In this document: positions 1 to 8,315 of the stretch, piece after piece | Layout: every line of letters starts with the position of its first letter | Position numbering within the stretch: the stretch's first letter is position 1 | DNA from: Candidatus Saccharimonadota bacterium | Lineage (GTDB): Bacteria; Patescibacteriota; Saccharimonadia; Saccharimonadales; AWTP1-31 | Length of the DNA stretch: 64,000 nucleotides | Direction of reading: 5' to 3' | Assembly: GCA_026395435.1 (NCBI GenBank) | Contig: JAPLYT010000003.1 | Location: 135,328 to 199,327, forward strand | Translations under genes and position numbers: made by a program | The notes under the pieces: generated by a model | Seen by the model: only the letters and a program-made list of their open reading frames with translations | The model's database searches: none | Told to the model about the DNA's origin: nothing

Positions 1-601
1 ATAACTTGGCTGCAACATGCTGGGAATTAGCTAATCTGTAACCGGTTTCAGCTATGTTGGTCATTATTTTTTTGGCGGAGTCTTCTTTGTCTATGTCTTT
101 GACAGTTTTAGTTTTGACTACAGTACCTTCATCAAAATTATGCTCAGTTTTTATGGTAGTTTTCTTGACTCCTACGCCATCAACACCAAAGCGAAGGGCG
201 TTGAGTGTCAGGAAATCACCTAAAAGTACCGATGCTGCTTTAATTCTACTGTCGCCATCGAGATCGGCATAGCTCGGCACGTTATAGCCATCACGATTAA
301 GTCTGTTCGTGATAATGCCAAAGCCTACCATCAACTTAGAATATTCTGCTCGGAAATCTTCCCATGTAAAGCCTACCAATGAAACATCTGTTTCATAAAA
401 TTCAGGTAATGCGGATTCTGGGCCGGTATAGCCACCAATGGACATTATTCCATTCATTACACCATCTATAATCATACGAGACTCATCTGCCGTAACTTCT
501 GCGATGAGCTGCTGTTCTTCGTTGCGTCGGCCTTTGTAGGCGGCGTGATCGTTGCGATAGTGTCTTCGCACTACTTCTACATAGTGTGAAGCGTCTTCCA
601 T
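1..601 (-). CDS. hypothetical protein, truncated by the window edge; start uncertain (GTG 601 or ATG 475), possible frameshift near 598-604
   Basis: Manual minus-strand translation: the frame of plus-strand triplets starting at positions 2,5,8... has no TTA/CTA/TCA between 2 and 643 (stop at 644-646). It is absent from the ORF track because it leaves the window. A short ATG-initiated ORF (630..577, MSTIQTPFMEWKTLHTM*) lies 1 nt out of frame immediately upstream. Confidence 0.35.
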   Translation of the reverse strand, partial: MEDASHYVEVVRRHYRNDHAAYKGRRNEEQQLIAEVTADESRMIIDGVMNGIMSIGGYTGPESALPEFYETDVSLVGFTWEDFRAEYSKLMVGFGIITNRLNRDGYNVPSYADLDGDSRIKAASVLLGDFLTLNALRFGVDGVGVKKTTIKTEHNFDEGTVVKTKTVKDIDKEDSAKKIMTNIAETGYRLANSQHVAAKL

Positions 602-711
602 CTCCATGAAGGGTGTTTGTATTGTACTCATTTATGATATTGTATCATATATTATAAAAAAGTACAATAGTTACGAAACGTGTAAGTACTCAGATAAAAA
701 TACCCAGAAGG

Positions 712-1506
712 TCACTTTAGTTCTAATGTTAGACATTTGACGCCGCCACCAGATTTCTGGAATTCAGAGATCGGGCAGGTGATGACATTCATGCCATTTG
801 CTTTGTAAGCGGCTATGAGATCGTGAGCGTTTTCGGGAATGACGATATTTGTCCCATCGCTCATGGCATTCAGTCCATAGGCCACGGCATCGGCATCAGT
901 TGCTTCGATGACATGGGGCACAATGGCCCTTACTTGTTTGAGAGATTCTTCGCTAAAGGCTTTGGGATAGAGGGCTACCGTATCGCTGCTCACGATGGTC
1001 AGCGCTGTGTCGAGGTGGTAGAAACGGGGGTCAATTAGTTGCAGACTTATCGTTTTAATACCAAGAAAGTCGGCTACTTCGGCATGAGCCGGTTTATCGG
1101 TGCGCCAAGGGTATCCAGCAAATAAAATATCGTTCCAAATGAGGGCATCGCCTTCGCCCTCGAAGTCATATTTTGGCAAAAAGAGTTCAGTGTAGCCGGC
1201 TTCTCGAAACCAAGTTTCGAATTTAGGGGTTTCTGGCTGTCGATCCGGCTGCCGGAACAGAGGTAGTGCCACCTTACCCTTGTAGAGCAGGGCGCCATTA
1301 GCCGTGAAGACCATATCGGGTAAATGTTCTACAGGGTCGATGAGTTGGACGTCCCAGCCTAACTGCTCGCTGTAGATTGCGTACAGTTTTTGCCACTGCT
1401 TAGCGGCTTTGTCAGGCTGGACAGGGTTGTTGGTGTCCATCCAGGGGTTTATTTCGTATTCGATGTCAAAAAACTTGGGAGCGCACATAAGTATGGATTT
1501 GGTCAT
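712..1506 (-). CDS. amidinotransferase-superfamily protein (DDAH / arginine-deiminase-like fold)
   Basis: 264 aa; N-terminal FDIEYEINPWM and C-terminal GGGVKCLTLEL with Cys near the C-terminus, as in DDAH/amidinotransferase enzymes. Confidence 0.55.
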   Translation of the reverse strand: MTKSILMCAPKFFDIEYEINPWMDTNNPVQPDKAAKQWQKLYAIYSEQLGWDVQLIDPVEHLPDMVFTANGALLYKGKVALPLFRQPDRQPETPKFETWFREAGYTELFLPKYDFEGEGDALIWNDILFAGYPWRTDKPAHAEVADFLGIKTISLQLIDPRFYHLDTALTIVSSDTVALYPKAFSEESLKQVRAIVPHVIEATDADAVAYGLNAMSDGTNIVIPENAHDLIAAYKANGMNVITCPISEFQKSGGGVKCLTLELK

Positions 1507-1607
1507 TAATCTATTGTAACACTTGAAAATAGGACATTAATATTGTAAAATATCGCATTATATAACTAGTTTCTGTAACCTAACGGTAAAACAGTGGGAA
1601 CCAACAC

Positions 1608-2561
1608 ATGTCTGAACAAGAGCCAATTAATCATCTAAGCGCCGAACGTTACCTGCATGACACATTGTATAGTTTGAATGCGCTTCGTGAATTATCAATG
1701 AAGTCCCCTGAGTTAGCTATCGCCGGCGATCAAATTTTGGAAGATTGTTCAGTTTTTAAAGATTTGAAGACTGGTGACAGAATCACCGTGAGTGCTTTGC
1801 CTGCCGACGAAGCTGAATTTACTGGAGCTATGGTAGCCATTACTCGGATGTTTGATGTCGATGACAAAAACCCTGATCAGACGCCAAAACAACCACAAGA
1901 GCGACTATTTACGGTAACGAGTAGATACGATGTTTTTGAAAAAATATCAGATCAAGAATGGATGCCGTTTTCACCATATGATCTGGCCTATTTGCTCGAC
2001 GTTCCCCAGACCAAGCCCGTTGCGGTGTCTGAGTATGATCCACGAGACACACCACCTATTTTAATTGGAGAAATTCCAACTGATTTAAATCCTGAAGAAT
2101 TGTATACCTATTTCAATAGACAGTTGAATGCTGATTTTTTGACTATGCCCGAAGAAGCTCTCTATACCCACTGTAGCGGAGTGCTTGACGCACTTTTGAG
2201 TCAAGATGAGGCCCCAGGGTTTGGGAATGTAACGTTAGAGGGTGTTATCCAAACGTTCAAGAGTCAGCTTTTCAGTCTTGAAATTAACGAAATGCCGACC
2301 GAAGAAAGTCTAGACGGTTACGTCGGATTCGATCGCATTTTTAATCTTACATACACTGTTCTTAATGGGCCGACTGCCATGGGCGCGATAAAGCTCGGCG
2401 AATCGACCAATGTAATTTTGGTAAAAGGTACTGAGTTCGACTTCAAGCTCACCCGAGGAGGCATGGTTATGTATGCCAATGATAATGGAAGAAAAGTTAA
2501 TCTCGTTCCCGTAGATCATACTATTTATATGCTCTTTCTCGCTGCGATAGTGGGGGAATAG
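1608..2561 (+). CDS. hypothetical protein
   Basis: 317-aa ORF, no recognisable motifs; convergent/divergent context with the amidinotransferase-like gene. Confidence 0.45.
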   Translation: MSEQEPINHLSAERYLHDTLYSLNALRELSMKSPELAIAGDQILEDCSVFKDLKTGDRITVSALPADEAEFTGAMVAITRMFDVDDKNPDQTPKQPQERLFTVTSRYDVFEKISDQEWMPFSPYDLAYLLDVPQTKPVAVSEYDPRDTPPILIGEIPTDLNPEELYTYFNRQLNADFLTMPEEALYTHCSGVLDALLSQDEAPGFGNVTLEGVIQTFKSQLFSLEINEMPTEESLDGYVGFDRIFNLTYTVLNGPTAMGAIKLGESTNVILVKGTEFDFKLTRGGMVMYANDNGRKVNLVPVDHTIYMLFLAAIVGE

Positions 2562-2570
2562 ACACTGTTC

Positions 2571-2599
2571 TTGACGTCGTTTTGGCACTCGGCTATAGT
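2571..2599 (+). promoter_or_regulatory. sigma-70-type promoter of groESL (TTGACG-17-TATAGT)
   Basis: -35 TTGACG at 2571-2576, 17-nt spacer, -10 TATAGT at 2594-2599, about 70 nt upstream of the groES ATG. Confidence 0.6.
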
Positions 2600-2608
2600 G
2601 AGTGCTGA
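2582..2608 (+). promoter_or_regulatory. CIRCE element 1 (HrcA operator), TTGGCACTC-N9-GAGTGCTGA, overlapping the -10
   Basis: Near-consensus to the CIRCE inverted repeat TTAGCACTC-N9-GAGTGCTAA; overlaps the promoter -10 as in classical groE operons. Confidence 0.7.
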
Positions 2609-2612
2609 TACG

Positions 2613-2639
2613 TTAGCACTCGCATATGTACAGTGCTAA
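2613..2639 (+). promoter_or_regulatory. CIRCE element 2 (HrcA operator), TTAGCACTC-N9-CAGTGCTAA
   Basis: Second inverted repeat with one mismatch to consensus, 4 nt downstream of element 1 and before the groES RBS GAGGAG (2658-2663). Confidence 0.7.
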
Positions 2640-2668
2640 CGGTTATATTGATTAACTGAGGAGTAACA

Positions 2669-2932
2669 ATGAATATACAGCCAATGGCCGAATACGTGGT
2701 CGTCCAAGCCGAGACCGCTACCAATAAAACCGCAAGTGGTCTTTACTTGCCAGGTGGTTCACAAGAAAAACCGAAAACAGCCAAAGTGATATCAGTTGGC
2801 GAAGGTGTCTCGATGGTCAAAAAAGGCGATCGAGTGATTTATAAAAATGAATATGAAGCCACTAACGTCAAAGTTGGCAAAGATGAGTTTACCCTCGTAT
2901 TCTCAAAAAATATTATTGCGATTGTTAAATAG
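2669..2932 (+). CDS. groES: co-chaperonin GroES
   Basis: 87 aa; typical GroES sequence (mobile loop ...KTASGLYLPG...); immediately precedes groEL. Confidence 0.95.
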   Translation: MNIQPMAEYVVVQAETATNKTASGLYLPGGSQEKPKTAKVISVGEGVSMVKKGDRVIYKNEYEATNVKVGKDEFTLVFSKNIIAIVK

Positions 2933-2951
2933 GTAGAAAAGGGGATTATAT

Positions 2952-4595
2952 ATGGCTAAAAAAGTATTTTATGATGATGACGCTCGCCGCCGGGTATTGG
3001 GTGGAGCACAGATTTTATATGACGCAGTGAAGACAACCATGGGACCAAAAGGCCGCAATGTGGTTATCAGCAAAAGTTATGGTGGCGTCACGGTTACTCA
3101 TGATGGCGTAACCGTTGCCAAGGGCGTCGATATCGCCGATGTCGACGATGAAACATTGGGCTACAAAGTAGGTGCTGAACTTATCAAACAAGCAGCCAAC
3201 AAGATGAACGATGTTGCTGGCGATGGTACAACTACGGTCACGGTATTGACCTATCACATCTTGAACGAAGCCAACAAGCTGATCGCTGCGGGACACAACC
3301 CAATGGAGCTCCGAAAAGGTCTCGAGGCTGCAGCAAGCGACGTCATCAAAAAGCTCAGTGGTCTTAGTGAAGACATTAAAGGCAAGAAATCTCGCGTAGC
3401 AGAAGTCGCAACTATCAGTGCTGGAGATGCCGAAATCGGTAATCTGATCGCTGATATCATCGACAAAGTCGGAAAAGACGGCGTGGTTACCGTAGAAGAA
3501 GGTCAAGGCCTCAAGCTTGAAAGTGAAGTAGTTGAAGGGTTCACTATGGACCGCGGTTTCGTCAGTGCCTACATGGTAACCGACACAACTCGCATGGAAG
3601 CTGTCTATAACAAACCAGCTATCCTCATCACCGACAAAAAGATTAGCTCGGTCCAAGAATTTTTGCCTATTCTCGAAAAGCTCGCCCAAGCAGGTAAAAA
3701 AGATCTCGTTATCATCGCAGAGGATGTAGAAGGGGAAGCACTTGGCACCTTGATCCTCAACAAGCTCAAGGGGGTATTCAACACAGTCGCTATCAAGGCT
3801 CCAAGCTTTGGTGATAAGCGAGCTGACCGATTGCAAGATATTGCCGTCCTTACCGGCGGTATCGTCATCTCAGAAGATCAAGGCACCAGCTTTGAAGATG
3901 TTGAACTCAACATGCTCGGTAGCGCTCGAAAAGTAATCGTTACTAAAGACGAAACGACTATCATCGAAGGTGGTGGCACTACGGCTGCCGTAAAAGCACG
4001 CATTACTCAGATCAATGCCCAGATCAAAGACACAACCAGCGAATACGACCGCGAAGACCGAGAACGCCGCCGAGCGAGCTTGGAAGGTAAAGTTGCAGTT
4101 ATCAAAGTTGGCGGTGCTACTGAAACCGAAATCGAAGAGAAGAAATTCCGCGTCGACGACGCCGTTGCTGCCACTAAAGCAGCGCTCGAGGAAGGTATTG
4201 TCCCTGGTGGTGGTGTCACGTTGATTAACCTCGCGGCTAACATCAAAGTTGTTGGCCATGACTCTGTATCTGCTGGCGCTACCTTGCTCCAGAATGCGCT
4301 TGAACAGCCATTTAGGATCCTACTCACCAACGCTGGCGTAAACCCAGATGAGTGGTTGCCACAGGTCAAGAAGTCTAAGGCTGGTCAAGGAGTGAACGTC
4401 AATAATCCGACAAAACTTGTTGATCTCAAATCTTCAGGTGTAGTCGACCCGGCTCGCGTTACTAAAGAAGCGATCCAAAACGCGGTGTCTATTGCTGGAA
4501 CCAGCATGACTATGGGTGCACTGGTCGTTGACGTCCCAGAAGCTAATCCTGTCGATGCCGGTGGCGGTATGGGCGGTGGCATGATGGGCATGTAG
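2952..4595 (+). CDS. groEL: chaperonin GroEL (60 kDa)
   Basis: 547 aa; AAKKV...TTMGPKGRNVVI...GDGTTTATVL motifs and C-terminal GGM repeat tail. Confidence 0.97.
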   Translation: MAKKVFYDDDARRRVLGGAQILYDAVKTTMGPKGRNVVISKSYGGVTVTHDGVTVAKGVDIADVDDETLGYKVGAELIKQAANKMNDVAGDGTTTVTVLTYHILNEANKLIAAGHNPMELRKGLEAAASDVIKKLSGLSEDIKGKKSRVAEVATISAGDAEIGNLIADIIDKVGKDGVVTVEEGQGLKLESEVVEGFTMDRGFVSAYMVTDTTRMEAVYNKPAILITDKKISSVQEFLPILEKLAQAGKKDLVIIAEDVEGEALGTLILNKLKGVFNTVAIKAPSFGDKRADRLQDIAVLTGGIVISEDQGTSFEDVELNMLGSARKVIVTKDETTIIEGGGTTAAVKARITQINAQIKDTTSEYDREDRERRRASLEGKVAVIKVGGATETEIEEKKFRVDDAVAATKAALEEGIVPGGGVTLINLAANIKVVGHDSVSAGATLLQNALEQPFRILLTNAGVNPDEWLPQVKKSKAGQGVNVNNPTKLVDLKSSGVVDPARVTKEAIQNAVSIAGTSMTMGALVVDVPEANPVDAGGGMGGGMMGM

Positions 4596-4622
4596 CCAAG
4601 TAAATATTCTGGTTCTCATACA

Positions 4623-4649
4623 AAAGCCCGGTACATACCGGGCTTTTTG
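4623..4649 (+). terminator. rho-independent terminator after groEL (GC hairpin gcccggta/taccgggc followed by TTTTT)
   Basis: aaaagcccggtacataccgggcttttt read directly. Confidence 0.7.
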
Positions 4650-4753
4650 GTTCAATAGATACGTGAGCGTAATCTAACTAGAATACCGTAGTTGCGAAAA
4701 GGTCCAATATGTACTATGATACCATTATAGATTCACGTTGACGGGAGTAGACA

Positions 4754-5140
4754 ATGAAATTATTCAAGCGAAAAACACCAATAACCAATCCATACATGCC
4801 ACCAGAAGTGCAGGCGTATGCTGCCTCTGAGCATCGTGAACGTATGGGTATGGCATGGATCGTAGGTATTGTGTCCTTGATTGTCAGCACTATTCTGCTC
4901 GTGTCACTCTTTTTTGGTGGGCGATGGGTCTACCGTAAAATTGCCGGTACTAACACAAACAAGCCAACTCCAACTGTTTCAGAGCCTAAAGAACTTCCTT
5001 CTAGTGACACTTCTGAGGCGCCTGCAGTTACTCCAAAACCTACTACTCCAGCTCCAACACCTACAACAACTCTTCCGGCTCCATCTACTCCTGCAACCGA
5101 CCCAAGTCTGACTCGAACTGGCCCAGATCTCGACCTCTAA
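4754..5140 (+). CDS. membrane-anchored hypothetical protein with Pro/Thr-rich extracellular tail
   Basis: 128 aa; one TM segment (IVGIVSLIVSTILLVSLFF) followed by low-complexity TPKPTTPAPTPTTT. Confidence 0.45.
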   Translation: MKLFKRKTPITNPYMPPEVQAYAASEHRERMGMAWIVGIVSLIVSTILLVSLFFGGRWVYRKIAGTNTNKPTPTVSEPKELPSSDTSEAPAVTPKPTTPAPTPTTTLPAPSTPATDPSLTRTGPDLDL

Positions 5141-5402
5141 ACAAAGTCTGTATTTCTTAGTACGGGCATCGGAAAAATCCGAAGCAGGCTGGAACGTTCA
5201 AAGGGAACGAAGTCGAGGACTGTTTGAGCGAAGCGAGTTCCGCAGACTTCTTCTTTTTGAAGTTACAAGCTTGTGCTCGATATTTTTCTGGCCCTGATGG
5301 TTCCCCGATACTTTTGCCAAAACAAAAGTATGAAAGAAGACTTGACTGCAAAAATATCGAAAGAAGTCTTCTAAAAATATTAGAAACTATGTTAAGCGTA
5401 AA

Positions 5403-5972
5403 TTATGCTGCTACAGCAGGCTTCTGCTGTGTAAAGTAGTTGATCTCATTGACGATATCAAGCAAAGCTTGGGCACGGATTTTCTCATCTTCGATGTCTT
5501 TCGCAGCTGCATAGGCAGTCTGCACAAGACTCTGATCATCGGACGCTTGGATAAGCATCATTGTAGTACGGAATTTTTCTTCAGCAGATTGATCTAACTG
5601 ACTAAGTAATGGGGATAGTTGTTGAAGGGCATCTTTTTTGATGCTCATGAGATCATCTGAGGCAGCGGGGACAGACGCTGCAGGAATATCACTCACCATT
5701 GGCTCAGAGGCAGGCTCTGTGACGGCCATTTGTGGGGTGCTATCAAAACTTGGGGTAGATTCGGCCATCATCGCTGCTACTGGTTCTGGACTAGGTGATT
5801 GCATTGGTGCTGTCACTGCAGGTGCAGTCATGGAGCTGTCTGTCATAGGCTCTGCCGCTACAGCTGGTACCGTCGTGTCGACAGCCGGTGTTTGCTGTGA
5901 TGTATCCGCTACAGGCTCGGGCATTACTGATGTGTTTTGTGCTTGTTGATTTTGATCATTCGAATCGAACAT
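5403..5972 (-). CDS. hypothetical protein; low-complexity N-terminal half and a structured C-terminal domain
   Basis: 189-aa ORF; N-terminal A/P/T/S-rich, C-terminal 80 aa non-repetitive. Confidence 0.4.
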   Translation of the reverse strand: MFDSNDQNQQAQNTSVMPEPVADTSQQTPAVDTTVPAVAAEPMTDSSMTAPAVTAPMQSPSPEPVAAMMAESTPSFDSTPQMAVTEPASEPMVSDIPAASVPAASDDLMSIKKDALQQLSPLLSQLDQSAEEKFRTTMMLIQASDDQSLVQTAYAAAKDIEDEKIRAQALLDIVNEINYFTQQKPAVAA

Positions 5973-6074
5973 GTCCCACCCCCATTAAAATATTTATGTT
6001 TAATAGTAGTTTAGCATAAGTACTTATTGCCGTACATATCGTATACTTACAGTACATAACTGGAGGAGTAGTAC

Positions 6075-7112
6075 ATGCTTGATGATCTAAAATATATTCA
6101 TGAAAAAGATGTTCAGGATGCACTCGGCATCGCCAGTAAACAGCCTGAACAGTTATTGAAGGATTTTGACGTATCGGGTTGGAAGGGCAAAAAACAGCAT
6201 TTCGATAACATTATCTATGCTGGAATGGGCGGTTCTGCTCTGGCCGCTATCTTAAGTGCAACGTGGCCAGGCTACACGGTACCTTTTGAAGTATCCAGAC
6301 AATATGCGATCCCCGATTACGTTTCACCAAAAACGCTCTTTATTGCGTCAAGCTACTCTGGTAACACCGAAGAAACGCTCTCAGCACTGGCAGCTGCGGA
6401 GAAGAAGAAAGCAGTCATAGTAGTCATTGCTGGTGGTGGAAAACTCCAAGAAATTGCCAAGCAAAAAGGGTATATGTTCTTGCAGTTACCAAAAGCCGAA
6501 CAACCTCGGTTTGCGGTTTTTTATAATCTCAAAGCAGTGGTTCAACTCTTGGTAAAAACAGACTTATTCATCGACAAAAAAGCTGAGTCCGACCTCGCAG
6601 CAATTGTCCCCGCTCTCGAAAAATCGATCACCGCTTTGTTGCCCACAGTACCGACCGCAAAAAACCCGGCTAAAAAGCTAGCACTAGAGCTCATGGGCAA
6701 AAGTGTCGTTATCTATGCTGGCCCACTATTAGCGCCAGCAGCCTACAAGTGGAAGATTAGTTGTAACGAAAACGCCAAAAATGTCGCATGGCAGGGGACG
6801 CTTCCTGAATTCAACCATAATGAATTTATTGGCTGGAGTTCGCACCCTACCCATAAGCCATATGCAGTCGTAGACCTCCGGACCAGTTTCGACCATCCTC
6901 AAATTCAGAAACGATTTGAGATTAGCGCCAGACTTCTCTCAGGTATGCGTCCAGCAGTCCATAGCGTTCAGGCAGAAGGCAAGACCATCATCGAACAACT
7001 GCTTTGGACGGTGATCTTAGGCGATTTCGTGACGCTGTACCTAGGAATTTTGAATGGACTCAACCCGACCCCAGTTGAACTCGTAGAAAAGCTTAAAAAA
7101 GAACTAGCCTAA
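6075..7112 (+). CDS. SIS-domain sugar-phosphate isomerase, bifunctional phosphoglucose/phosphomannose isomerase family (archaeal type)
   Basis: 345 aa; GMGGS and SYSGNTEET (SxSGxTxET) SIS motifs; RBS GGAGG before the ATG. Confidence 0.55.
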   Translation: MLDDLKYIHEKDVQDALGIASKQPEQLLKDFDVSGWKGKKQHFDNIIYAGMGGSALAAILSATWPGYTVPFEVSRQYAIPDYVSPKTLFIASSYSGNTEETLSALAAAEKKKAVIVVIAGGGKLQEIAKQKGYMFLQLPKAEQPRFAVFYNLKAVVQLLVKTDLFIDKKAESDLAAIVPALEKSITALLPTVPTAKNPAKKLALELMGKSVVIYAGPLLAPAAYKWKISCNENAKNVAWQGTLPEFNHNEFIGWSSHPTHKPYAVVDLRTSFDHPQIQKRFEISARLLSGMRPAVHSVQAEGKTIIEQLLWTVILGDFVTLYLGILNGLNPTPVELVEKLKKELA

Positions 7113-7128
7113 CGGTAGGCTTCGATCT

Positions 7129-7668
7129 TTAGATTGGTTGTTCTTTGATCCCCATCTTAAAACTAATGTAACTGATGAGAATATGTAGGCTGAAATACGT
7201 CACCACCATCACAGCATATTGGGCGATTGAAAAACGAACAAACGGCAAACTAAAAAGTATTGCACCGACAATGTAGTCTAGTTGATCGAAAAATAACCAG
7301 CTCGAACCAGAAGGCTTACCCAATTGACGTTTAAAGAAGCTTTCAACAGAATCGCCGAGTAGCGCACCGGCGCCGAGCAAAAAGCCAATTACAAAAAATG
7401 ACTCTGGACTGACGTTCAATATTGTTGAATTCCTGGATACAAGAAATGGATAGAGCAGAAGTGCAGCGAAGCCGCCACCGATTGAACCGAGCAGTAGCCC
7501 ACGCCACGTTTTGTTTTGTCCAAGCATTCGTTTACCACGGACTTCCATTCCAAGATCAATGGGGGTTTTCCACTCACGCAAGAATGGTATTTTCTTTGCT
7601 ACCGGCGGAATTGAATTTGATATGCCAGCCGGTACGAAGAAGAGAATAACGAATAGAAATTGATTCAT
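7129..7668 (-). CDS. CarS/DUF46-like CTP-dependent lipid cytidylyltransferase (short CdsA-like membrane protein)
   Basis: 179 aa, about 5 TM; KTWRG...GG and GDSVESFFKRQLGK motifs resemble the CdsA/CarS cytidylyltransferase signature but lack the long N-terminal part of CdsA; ATGA overlap with the upstream PHP gene. Confidence 0.5.
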   Translation of the reverse strand: MNQFLFVILFFVPAGISNSIPPVAKKIPFLREWKTPIDLGMEVRGKRMLGQNKTWRGLLLGSIGGGFAALLLYPFLVSRNSTILNVSPESFFVIGFLLGAGALLGDSVESFFKRQLGKPSGSSWLFFDQLDYIVGAILFSLPFVRFSIAQYAVMVVTYFSLHILISYISFKMGIKEQPI

Positions 7669-8315
7669 TTGTGCTTAAGTTTACCACGAATTCGATGATA
7701 TTTTGGATAGAGTAGGCTTAGTAAGGGTGCTTTTTTGGTGGATACATGCGCTTTTTGGAGTAGGTCTACAAGATTATTTTTGGTAGGTGGTTTGGTAATT
7801 ACTGAATAAGCACCGCCAATGCCCAAGCGACCATGGGCATCACTGCTCGAAGCCATGACTTTGTTATGTAGGCGTGCCCAGGTGACGGCTTCGGGGCCTT
7901 TGTTTTGAAATACGGCCCGTCCATTATGAACTTCGACGATATCTACAAAATCAGAAATGTTGTCGAGAGATTTCCGCGAAAGACCACTTCGAACTGTTTC
8001 GAAAGGATGGGGTACATATACCAGTCCTTTTTGGCCTTTTACGGCAGCAACTGCGTCTAAAAGTGACATTCCTGGCTTGATTGCCTTCGTCAGGTATAGG
8101 CCAATGATTTCACCTTCTTTAGTGGTAATTTCTTGACCTACAATGATTCGCTCACCAAGTTTGCCCTGGACTTCTTGGGCGGTTGAAATGAGATCGTGAT
8201 CTGTTATTGCAATATAGTCAAGATCTCCCTGTTCGAGTACCGTTCGATATTCATCAATTGATATACCACCGTCTGCTGATCCCGATGAATGTGTATGGAG
8301 GTCGATTTTTATCAT
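7665..8315 (-). CDS. PHP-domain metal-dependent phosphoesterase
   Basis: Starts MIKIDLHTHSSGSADGG (HxH motif) ... ITDHD ... HPF; start chosen at the ATG forming an ATGA overlap with the upstream gene stop (the longer track ORF 7665..8558 overlaps the preceding gene). Confidence 0.65.
   Translation of the reverse strand: MIKIDLHTHSSGSADGGISIDEYRTVLEQGDLDYIAITDHDLISTAQEVQGKLGERIIVGQEITTKEGEIIGLYLTKAIKPGMSLLDAVAAVKGQKGLVYVPHPFETVRSGLSRKSLDNISDFVDIVEVHNGRAVFQNKGPEAVTWARLHNKVMASSSDAHGRLGIGGAYSVITKPPTKNNLVDLLQKAHVSTKKAPLLSLLYPKYHRIRGKLKHK

Noticed and set aside
54-272. 72-aa plus-strand ORF at the window start
   Set aside because: It overlaps a much longer open frame on the minus strand (2-643) and has no recognisable features.
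3015-3836. 273-aa minus-strand ORF, plus several 60-130-aa ORFs on both strands between 3254 and 4655
   Set aside because: All lie antisense or out of frame within the highly conserved groEL coding sequence; they are artefacts of GC3/codon structure.
4596-4753. Possible tRNA or small RNA between the groEL terminator and the next gene
   Set aside because: No T-loop (GTTCRANYC) or cloverleaf-compatible segments were seen; the region is best explained by the terminator plus the promoter of the 4754 gene.
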